DNA of 64,000 bases, from assembly GCA_947646585.1 (NCBI GenBank), contig CANSHD010000001.1:313210-377209 (forward strand). The letters run 5' to 3'. The position numbers were made by a program, and so were the translations under genes. Shown here piece by piece: positions 56,860-64,000 of the stretch. The notes under the pieces are model-generated. The model was not told where the DNA came from. It searched no databases and saw only the letters and a program-made list of their open reading frames with translations. Source of the stretch: an uncultured Alphaproteobacteria bacterium (GTDB taxonomy: Bacteria; Pseudomonadota; Alphaproteobacteria; Rs-D84). How positions within the stretch are numbered: position 1 is the first letter of the stretch; every line of letters begins with the position of its first letter.

Positions 56860-59265
56860 ATGAACATAGAACTCGGAAAAAACATTAACGCGCGCGAAAT
56901 TGAAACCCGGATACAGGCGTTCTGGGATTCAAACGCATTTTGGGAAAATGACGTAAAATCGGACAAACCCGCATTTTGCATAATGATGCCGCCGCCGAAC
57001 GTGACGGGCAATCTGCACATGGGGCACGCATTGGACAATGTTTTGACCGATATCGTATGCCGGTACAAGCGCATGGCGGGTTACGACGTATTGTGGCAGC
57101 CGGGAACGGACCATGCCTCCATCGCGATGCAGTTGATGGTGGAACGCGATTTATCAAAGCGCGGAATAAATCCCCGCAGCTTAACCAAACCGGAATTGCT
57201 GGACGCGGCATGGGCCTACAAGGCGGACAAGGGCGGCCAGATTGTGGGCCAGCTGCATACGCTGGGCACGACGCCGGCATGGTCGCGCCAGCGTTTCACG
57301 ATGGACGAGGGTCTGTCGCGCGCGGTTATCAAAATGTTTGTTAAAATGTACCGCGAAGGACTGATATACAAGGCGCGCCGCCTGGTCAACTGGTGCCCGA
57401 AACAGCAGACCTCCATCTCTGACCTGGAGGTTGATGTTCGTGATGAAAAAGGCAAGTTTTATTACTTTAAGTATCCTTTAAAGGACGGCGGATTTATAGA
57501 GATTGCAACCACGCGTCCCGAAACCTTGTTCGGCGACCAGGCGATTGCCATTCATCCGGAAAACGAGAAATTGAAACACTTGATTGGCAAAACGGCGATT
57601 ATCCCGCTGACCGATATCGAGATTCCGGTTATCGCCGACGTTCACGCTGACCCGGAAAAGGGTACCGGTGCGGTGAAAATCACGCCCGCCCACGACAAGG
57701 ACGACTGGGAGGTGGGGCTGCGCCATAATTTGACGCCGGTATGTGTTTTAACAGGCGACGCAAAGATGCTGGATATGCCGCAAGTGCCGGAAAAGTATCG
57801 CGGCATGGACCGCTTTACGGCGCGCGCGGAAATTATCAAGGATATCGAAGCGGCGGGCCTGTTGATAAAAATTGACGACAAGATTATCCCGACGCCATAT
57901 TCGGAACGCGGAAACGTCGTTGTCGAATACATGGTCCGCGACGAATGGTTTGTTGATGCGAAAAAATTGGCCGCGCCCGCGATAAAGGCGGTGGAGGAGG
58001 GCAAGATTAAATTCATGCCAGAACACCGTTACAATCTGTTCATGTCGTGGATGAAAGACATTCATGAATGGTCCATCTCGCGCCAGTTGTGGTGGGGTCA
58101 CCAGATTCCGGCCTGGTATGACGAAGAGGGCAATATCTATGTCGCCGAAAGCGAGGAAGAGGCTGTGGCCCAGTCCGGCGGCAAGAAATTGACGCGCGAC
58201 ACGTCGTGCCTGGATACATGGTTCTCGTCCGGCATGTGGCCGTTCTCGACGTTGGGATGGCCGGAAAAGACGCCGGAATTGGAAAAATATTATCCGACGG
58301 ATTTATTGTACACCGGCCCGGACATCATATTCTTCTGGGTTGCGCGTATGGTAATGCTGGGGATATATATCATGGGTGACGTTCCGTTCAGAACGGTTAA
58401 TCTGCATGGTCTGGTCCGTGATAGCAAAGGCCAGAAAATGTCCAAGACCAAGGGCAACGGTACGGACCCGCTGGACACGGTTGAAAAGTTCGGTGCGGAC
58501 GCGCTGCGCTATTGGATTGCGACGGCCCCGATTGGCACCGATATTCGTTACAGCGATGACGAGGTAAAGCGCGGCAGCAAATTGCTGACCAAACTCTGGA
58601 ACGCGTCGAAATATGTTCTGATGAATTTGACGGATTTCGAACCCGCGACCGCAACGCCGGTTCCGGTTGCCGAGCGCTTTATCGAAGACCGCTGGGTCTT
58701 GCATGAATTAAACAAGGCCATTGCGGATACGCGCCGTCATCTGGACAAATATGACAATTATAATTCCCGCGCGGCGATTGACACGTTCTTTTACGACGTG
58801 TTCTGCGACCAGTATTTGGAATATATCAAAGACCGTTTCTGGTCGCCGGAAAATTACGGCCCGGCGTCAAAGCTGTCGGCCCAGTGGACGTTGTTTGAGG
58901 TGTTGCGTGCCGTCATCGGCCTGTATGCACCGTTTATTCCGTTTATAACCGAAGAACTGTGGCAGAAAATATATCGCCCGACCGAGGGGGGTGATACCCT
59001 GCATTTGACCGCGTATCCGACGGTGGACGCCGCGCGTGATACGGACGTGTCAAAAATGCAAATCGCCCAGGATATTATCAAGGCCGTTCGCGCCCTGCGT
59101 ACCGAGCGCAAGGTCGGCAACGGTGCCAAGCTGGAACGCTTGACAATTCCGGCCGCGACGCCGTCCGAATTGTTCGGTGTGATAAAGTCCGGCGCGCGCG
59201 CGATAGAGGTTGCTGCAATCGGCGACGGGGTCGATTTTGTTGTCGCCCAGAATGTACAGGGGTAA
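56860..59265 (+). CDS. valS: Valine--tRNA ligase, short form of 801 aa lacking the C-terminal coiled-coil.
   Basis: 'PPPNVTGNLHMGHA' (HIGH region, ValRS-type PPNVTG). 'KMSKTKGN' (KMSKS). Editing-domain and anticodon-binding blocks. Confidence 0.85.
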   Translation: MNIELGKNINAREIETRIQAFWDSNAFWENDVKSDKPAFCIMMPPPNVTGNLHMGHALDNVLTDIVCRYKRMAGYDVLWQPGTDHASIAMQLMVERDLSKRGINPRSLTKPELLDAAWAYKADKGGQIVGQLHTLGTTPAWSRQRFTMDEGLSRAVIKMFVKMYREGLIYKARRLVNWCPKQQTSISDLEVDVRDEKGKFYYFKYPLKDGGFIEIATTRPETLFGDQAIAIHPENEKLKHLIGKTAIIPLTDIEIPVIADVHADPEKGTGAVKITPAHDKDDWEVGLRHNLTPVCVLTGDAKMLDMPQVPEKYRGMDRFTARAEIIKDIEAAGLLIKIDDKIIPTPYSERGNVVVEYMVRDEWFVDAKKLAAPAIKAVEEGKIKFMPEHRYNLFMSWMKDIHEWSISRQLWWGHQIPAWYDEEGNIYVAESEEEAVAQSGGKKLTRDTSCLDTWFSSGMWPFSTLGWPEKTPELEKYYPTDLLYTGPDIIFFWVARMVMLGIYIMGDVPFRTVNLHGLVRDSKGQKMSKTKGNGTDPLDTVEKFGADALRYWIATAPIGTDIRYSDDEVKRGSKLLTKLWNASKYVLMNLTDFEPATATPVPVAERFIEDRWVLHELNKAIADTRRHLDKYDNYNSRAAIDTFFYDVFCDQYLEYIKDRFWSPENYGPASKLSAQWTLFEVLRAVIGLYAPFIPFITEELWQKIYRPTEGGDTLHLTAYPTVDAARDTDVSKMQIAQDIIKAVRALRTERKVGNGAKLERLTIPAATPSELFGVIKSGARAIEVAAIGDGVDFVVAQNVQG

Positions 59266-59269
59266 TCCG

Positions 59270-60001
59270 ATGGAACAGAAACTGGTTGAAAAGCGCATCC
59301 TGCAGGCATATCAGTGCGACCGTTACGGCAACGTGCGGCCATTGATTTTAATGAACGAGCTGCAGGGTTGCGCCGACAAACATGCCGAGATTTTAGGCTG
59401 TGGCCGCACATATCTGCTGGAAAATAATCTGGCGTGGGTTGTGACGCATTATCTGGTGGATATTATAGAGCTCCCGCGCGAGAACGAGGAATTGACATTC
59501 ACCACATGGCCGTCATGCCAGGACGCCCTGCGTGCCGCGCGTGATTTTGAGGTTCGTGGCGCCGACGGCCGCTTAATGGTTCGCGCCACGTCCCAGTGGA
59601 TATTGATTGACATGGCGCGCCGACGGCCGCTGCGCCTGGAAGAGCATTTGCCCGAATGGCCGATATGCACGTCGCGCGCGTGGGACCGCACGTTCGAAAA
59701 GTTTGCGGATTTCGCCCCGCGCAAGACGCATGTCATGAAATGTCGCTTTGACGATATCGACGTGAACCAGCATATAAACAACGCGGTCTATGCCGTTTGG
59801 GCGACGGAAAGCGTCGGGTATGTTTATCGAAACCAGCATACGCTGCGCCGTATCGAATTGAATTTCAAAAAAGAAATCAAACCCGACACGCCTGAGGTGT
59901 TTGTTGACGTTATTATCGAAGGCGACGTGTCGTATCATAAAATCCGCACGGGCGATGTCGAGCACGCGTCGGTTATCTGCACCTGGACGCCGAATGAATA
60001 A
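59270..60001 (+). CDS. Acyl-ACP thioesterase family protein (FatA/FatB-like, tandem hot-dog).
   Basis: 'RYGNVRPLILMNELQGCADKHAEILGCGRTYLLENNLAWVVTHY…TTWP…ATSQWILIDMARRRPLRL…NQHINNAVY'. Starts 4 nt after the valS stop. Confidence 0.55.
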   Translation: MEQKLVEKRILQAYQCDRYGNVRPLILMNELQGCADKHAEILGCGRTYLLENNLAWVVTHYLVDIIELPRENEELTFTTWPSCQDALRAARDFEVRGADGRLMVRATSQWILIDMARRRPLRLEEHLPEWPICTSRAWDRTFEKFADFAPRKTHVMKCRFDDIDVNQHINNAVYAVWATESVGYVYRNQHTLRRIELNFKKEIKPDTPEVFVDVIIEGDVSYHKIRTGDVEHASVICTWTPNE

Positions 60002-60030
60002 AAAAATTCGGAATGGATTTATGGAATAAA

Positions 60031-60064
60031 AAAATCGCCCGACCGGGCGATTTTTTAGTTTGCC
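60031..60064 (+). terminator. Rho-independent terminator.
   Basis: 'aaatcgcccgaccgggcgatttttt'. Confidence 0.75.
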
Positions 60065-60368
60065 GCCGAAACGGCCAAACGTTTGCGGCCTGCGGCGCGG
60101 CGGCTGTTCAATACAGCGCGGCCACCCTTTGTCGCCATTCTTGCGCGGAAACCATGCGTGCGTATGCGACGGGTTTTCGACGGTTGATAAGTACGTTTTG
60201 TTGCCATAACTAAATCCTTTTGCGTGCGTATTTAACCACAGGTTTTTACAAAATGCAACCATTTATTTAGATTTTATCAGCCCCAGCTTTTTAAACCCTT
60301 CCAGCATCAGATAATATGCGAACAGGGCGGCAAACAGGCGCCAGAATGGTAAAAACATGGCCGTATCC

Positions 60369-60554
60369 TTATTTTTGTTTTGATTTTGTGCGCTCTATCG
60401 CCATCTTGGTCGCTTTTTGGATGTCGATTATGCGGTTTATCATCCACAGGGATGTAATCAGGTTCGTGCGCAATCCCTTGCAGTTGCGGTATTGAATCAA
60501 CATGTGGCGAAATTCTTCGCGGATTTCCAGTAATGCATTGTCCAACTGTGTCAT
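60369..60554 (-). CDS. Hypothetical small protein, 61 aa.
   Basis: ORF 'MTQLDNALLEIREEFRHMLIQYRN…', followed on the same strand after 11 nt by a 31-aa hydrophobic mini-ORF (60262–60357, MFLPFWRLFAALFAYYLMLEGFKKLGLIKSK). Confidence 0.25.
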   Translation of the reverse strand: MTQLDNALLEIREEFRHMLIQYRNCKGLRTNLITSLWMINRIIDIQKATKMAIERTKSKQK

Positions 60555-60691
60555 GATTGAATCCTTTGTTATAGTTATATATAATATATCACAAACGATG
60601 AATTTGTCAACTTTAAATTTTGGGTTTATGTCTTGACCGAAAGCCTAAATTTTTGCTATTGTTTGCATGTAAAATAAGGGGAAAAGTAAGT

Positions 60692-63415
60692 ATGTCTGAA
60701 ATTATAAACGAAAGCACCGAGATTAAGGTTCCACAGTCTTCTTTGGAACATGAAATGCGGACCAGCTTTCTGGATTATGCGATGTCGGTTATCGTTGACC
60801 GCGCGCTGCCGGATGTTCGCGACGGGTGCAAGCCTGTACACCGCAGAATTCTGTATGTTATGAACGATGTTGCCCCGGCGACCAAGCCGACGGTGAAATC
60901 TGCGCGTATCGTCGGTGACGTTATGGGTAAATATCACCCCCATGGTGACAGCTCTATTTACGAGGCGATGGCCCGCATGGCCCAGGATTTTTCCATGGGT
61001 GAAATGCTGGTCCAGGGCCAGGGTAACTTTGGCTCGCGCGACGGCGACAAACCCGCCGCCATGCGTTATACTGAGGCACGCCTGTCGAAACTGGGCGCGT
61101 CATTGATGGACGACATGGAAAAAGACACGGTTGACTGGATGCCGAACTTTGACGGCTCGTTACAGGAACCGGTCGTATTGCCCACGAAATTCCCGAACTT
61201 TTTGATTAACGGCGGCAGTGGTATCGCCGTCGGTATGGCGACAAACGTTCCGACCTATAATTTGGGCGAGGTTTGCAACGGTATCTTGGCGATTCTGGAC
61301 AACCGTGAAATTTCCGATGATGAACTGTTCGGCATCATACCCGGACCCGATTTCCCCACGGGTGCCGTTATCATGGGACGCGCCGGCGCGTACAAGGCGC
61401 ACACCACGGGCCGCGGTTCCATTATCGTTCGTGCAAAGACGCATATGGAGGAATTTCGCGACCACCAGGCCATCATCGTGGACGAGATTCCGTACCAGGT
61501 CAACAAAGCCCAGATGATTATCAAAATCGCGGAGTTGATAAAGGACAAGCGTATCGAGGGTATTTCCGAAATCCGCGATGAATCGTCAAAAGAGGGTCTG
61601 CGCATCGTTATTGAATTAAAGCGCGACGCGATTGCCGACGTTGTTTTGAACCATTTGTTCCAGTACACGGAAATGCAGACGAATTTCCCTGTGAACATGA
61701 TGGCGCTGAACCGCGGCCGTCCGATGCTGTTCAATATCCGCGGCGTTCTGGATGCCTTTATCGAATTCCGTGGCGAGGTTATACGCCGCCGCACAATATT
61801 TGATTTGAACAAGGCGCGCGCCCGTGCACACACTTTGCTGGGGCTGTCCGTGGCGGTCGGAAATTTGGACGAGGTTATAGAGTTAATCAAATCATCCCCG
61901 AATCCGGAGGCTGCACGCACCGCGTTGGTGTCGCGCGGCTGGCGTGCGTCGGATATCGAAACGTATATTCAGTTGATTGACGATCCGAACACCGAATATG
62001 AAAACGGCATGTTCCACATGTCCGAAGACCAGGCGCGCGCAATTTTGGAATTGCAGCTGCATCGTTTGACCGGACTGGAACGCGACAAGATTCACGAAGA
62101 TTTGGTCGAACTTGGCGCCCAGATAAAAGACCTGTTGGAAATATTGGGCAGTGCCGCGCGCATCATGCAGATTATCCGCGATGAAACGACAATGGTTCGC
62201 GACAACTGGGCGTCGCCCCGTCGCACCGAAATATCGGACGCGGAAATCGACATTGATATCGAGGATTTGATTGCCCGCGAAGACATGGTTATAACCGTGA
62301 CGAACACGGGGTATATAAAGCGTGTTGCGCTGGATACATACCGTGCGCAAAAGCGCGGCGGCAAGGGCCGCAACGCCATGGCGACAAAAGAGGACGACTA
62401 TGTCGTTCAGGTGTTTGTCGCGAACACGCACACGCCGTTGCTGTTCTTCAGCTCCAAGGGTATCTGCTATAAATTAAAAACATACAAACTGCCAGAGGCG
62501 GCGGCCGCGGCCAAGGGACGTCCGCTGGTCAATCTGTTGCCGTTGCAGCCGGGTGAAACGATTACGGCGATACTGCCGGTGTCCGACGAAGATGTCGAAC
62601 GCGTTCGCGCATCCGGCAAGGAACATTTCTTGATGTTCGCAACCGCATCGGGTACCGTGCGCCGCAACCGCATGTCCGATTTTGATTCCATCCGTGCGAA
62701 CGGCAAGATTGCAATGAAACTGGACGAAGGCGACAGTTTAATATCCGTTCTGCCGTGCAGTGAAGACCAGGATGTGTTCTTATCCACATACCGCGGCCGC
62801 TGCATCCGGTTCCCGGTGCCTGAAATCCGTATCTTTGCGGGCCGCAATTCGACGGGTGTGCGCGGAATGACGCTGGCCTCCGACGACCGCATTATCGGCA
62901 TGGCGATGCTGGCGCGGGGCGAATCGGATGCCGCCGTTCGCGCCGCATACATAAAGCAGTCGCGTGCCGCACGTCGCGCCGCCACCGGAATAGAGGAAGA
63001 GGCCGACGCCGAAGAAGAGGCGACGACACTGGTAATCGATGATGCCAAGATGCAGGAAATGGCCGCCGCGGAAGAATTTATTTTGACCATATCCGAAAAC
63101 GGCTTTGGAAAACGCACCAGCAGCTATGAATACCGCACGACGCATCGCGGTGGAAACGGTTTTGCAAACATCAAACTGGGCGGGAAAAACACCGCGGTTG
63201 CAGGCTCGTTCCCGGTTGCCGACGACCATGACATAATCATGGTGACAAACGGCGGTAAAATCATCCGCACACCGGTGCGTGACGTTCGCATTGCGGGTCG
63301 CGCGACGGCGGGTGTAACATTGCTGCGCACGGCGGAAAATGAAAAGGTGGTATCTGCCATCTCCATCGAAAAAGATGACAGCGCCGAAGAAGCCGTGATG
63401 GAAACTGACGAATAA
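60692..63415 (+). CDS. gyrA: DNA gyrase subunit A.
   Basis: '[25 protein letters not shown]', active-site region 'HPHGD', QRDR-like '[14 protein letters not shown]'. C-terminal beta-pinwheel repeats and acidic tail. SD aaggggaaaag. Confidence 0.9.
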   Translation: MSEIINESTEIKVPQSSLEHEMRTSFLDYAMSVIVDRALPDVRDGCKPVHRRILYVMNDVAPATKPTVKSARIVGDVMGKYHPHGDSSIYEAMARMAQDFSMGEMLVQGQGNFGSRDGDKPAAMRYTEARLSKLGASLMDDMEKDTVDWMPNFDGSLQEPVVLPTKFPNFLINGGSGIAVGMATNVPTYNLGEVCNGILAILDNREISDDELFGIIPGPDFPTGAVIMGRAGAYKAHTTGRGSIIVRAKTHMEEFRDHQAIIVDEIPYQVNKAQMIIKIAELIKDKRIEGISEIRDESSKEGLRIVIELKRDAIADVVLNHLFQYTEMQTNFPVNMMALNRGRPMLFNIRGVLDAFIEFRGEVIRRRTIFDLNKARARAHTLLGLSVAVGNLDEVIELIKSSPNPEAARTALVSRGWRASDIETYIQLIDDPNTEYENGMFHMSEDQARAILELQLHRLTGLERDKIHEDLVELGAQIKDLLEILGSAARIMQIIRDETTMVRDNWASPRRTEISDAEIDIDIEDLIAREDMVITVTNTGYIKRVALDTYRAQKRGGKGRNAMATKEDDYVVQVFVANTHTPLLFFSSKGICYKLKTYKLPEAAAAAKGRPLVNLLPLQPGETITAILPVSDEDVERVRASGKEHFLMFATASGTVRRNRMSDFDSIRANGKIAMKLDEGDSLISVLPCSEDQDVFLSTYRGRCIRFPVPEIRIFAGRNSTGVRGMTLASDDRIIGMAMLARGESDAAVRAAYIKQSRAARRAATGIEEEADAEEEATTLVIDDAKMQEMAAAEEFILTISENGFGKRTSSYEYRTTHRGGNGFANIKLGGKNTAVAGSFPVADDHDIIMVTNGGKIIRTPVRDVRIAGRATAGVTLLRTAENEKVVSAISIEKDDSAEEAVMETDE

Positions 63416-63426
63416 GCGGGGCCGGC

Positions 63427-63801
63427 ATGGATAACAATGAGTATTTTGCATCAATAAACGAGGTGTCAAAACGCCTGTCTGTGCCGGCGCATACCCTGCG
63501 CTATTGGGAAAAGCAGTTTCCGGTAATAATCCGTCCGACAACTGGTTCCGGCGGCCGGCGTTATTACCGCGCGGAAACGGTTCAGCGGTTGGAGGCAATC
63601 AAAGATTTGCTGTATAACCGCGGCATGACGATTGCCGGCGTTAAAAAAATGATTCGTGACGGCGCGTTGACTGACACGGCGGCGACATCTGTTGCGGCGC
63701 CCGCCGCGCCCCAGGCGGGGCCGGCCGGAATTTCATCCGCCGATGTCGATGTGGTTCTGTCGCTGTTGCAGACCGCGCGCGATATACTGGATGACAAATA
63801 A
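63427..63801 (+). CDS. MerR-family transcriptional regulator.
   Basis: HTH 'INEVSKRLSVPAHTLRYWEKQF'. Small size, with an Ala/Pro linker and a C-terminal helix. Confidence 0.55.
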   Translation: MDNNEYFASINEVSKRLSVPAHTLRYWEKQFPVIIRPTTGSGGRRYYRAETVQRLEAIKDLLYNRGMTIAGVKKMIRDGALTDTAATSVAAPAAPQAGPAGISSADVDVVLSLLQTARDILDDK

Positions 63802-63832
63802 AAACGCCCCGTCAGGGCGTTTTTTATTTCTG
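63801..63832. terminator. Bidirectional rho-independent terminator.
   Basis: 'aaaaacgccccgtcagggcgttttttatttc' serves the MerR gene (+) and a convergent minus-strand gene. Confidence 0.7.
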
Positions 63833-64000
63833 GCGCATACGTGCGGCCAGTTCGTTACGTTGCATGCGCAGTGTGTTGCGTTTTTCGGTCAATGAATCAA
63901 TGCGGTGTTTGATTTGCGGTGCAAAATGGGCGTATATGCGTAGGTATATGCTGTCGTTGATTGCACACAGACGTTCAAATTCCTTTATCTCGGCTGCGTT
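63824..64000 (-). CDS. 3' end of a minus-strand gene, partial. The upstream portion lies beyond the window.
   Basis: Open frame reading '…ERLCAINDSIYLRIYAHFAPQIKHRIDSLTEKRNTLRMQRNELAARMRQK*' ends at the terminator. Identity unknown. Confidence 0.3.
   Translation of the reverse strand, partial: NAAEIKEFERLCAINDSIYLRIYAHFAPQIKHRIDSLTEKRNTLRMQRNELAARMRQK

Overview
This reads as an alphaproteobacterial chromosome segment: the 16S/23S signatures fit that class and the rrn operon runs 16S–tRNA-Ile–23S–5S. Coding regions are GC-rich, but a horizontally acquired-looking patch just downstream of the 5S gene is AT-rich (by eye). The backbone is conserved housekeeping genes: der (5' truncated), skp/ompH, an OmpA-type lipoprotein, dnaX, rluD, rlmN, a SurA-N-domain protein, lptD, lptG, nusA, infB, fabZ, lpxD, one complete rrn operon, mpg, tsaC, rplU-rpmA, a class A PBP, mliC, mraY-ftsW-murG, comF, valS, an acyl-ACP thioesterase, gyrA and a MerR regulator. 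Between these sit several lineage-specific features.

(1) A six-gene operon at 5194–11007 opens with three tandem, mutually paralogous 405–450 aa proteins. Each carries a short type IV prepilin-like leader and a G(-1)/E or Q(+5) N-terminal transmembrane helix. A zinc-ribbon/DUF3426-like membrane protein, a small secreted Cys protein and rluD follow. A canonical-size type IV pilin-like gene with a C-terminal disulfide pair lies just across dnaX at 2613–3071.

(2) At least four large secreted cysteine-rich paralogs share a C-x3-Y-T-S-C-(M/L)-x3-C module (11089–14589, 27347–29260, 29202–30098, 45380–47464). Smaller Cys-rich secreted proteins occur at 33601–34947, 41848–42258 and 42393–42938.

(3) An imperfect inverted-repeat, MITE/REP-like element (TGTCATTGCGAG…GGCAATCCAG) is present in multiple copies at three loci. 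Each locus sits directly after an intrinsic terminator.

(4) An EcoRI-family N6-adenine DNA methyltransferase lies next to a secreted single-HKD PLD/Nuc-like nuclease.

(5) Immediately after the 5S gene there is an AT-rich islet. It holds a zeta-toxin-family P-loop ATPase broken by a 1-nt frameshift in a T5 run, plus small ORFs including a DUF3781-like protein.

(6) A structured, terminator-ended leader or sRNA candidate sits upstream of an XRE regulator.

(7) Five GANTC (CcrM-type) sites cluster upstream of the rRNA promoter.

No transposases, integrases or CRISPR arrays were seen. The density of secreted Cys-rich paralogs and reduced operons (dcw cluster without murD or murC; nusA without rimP) suggests a host-associated lifestyle.
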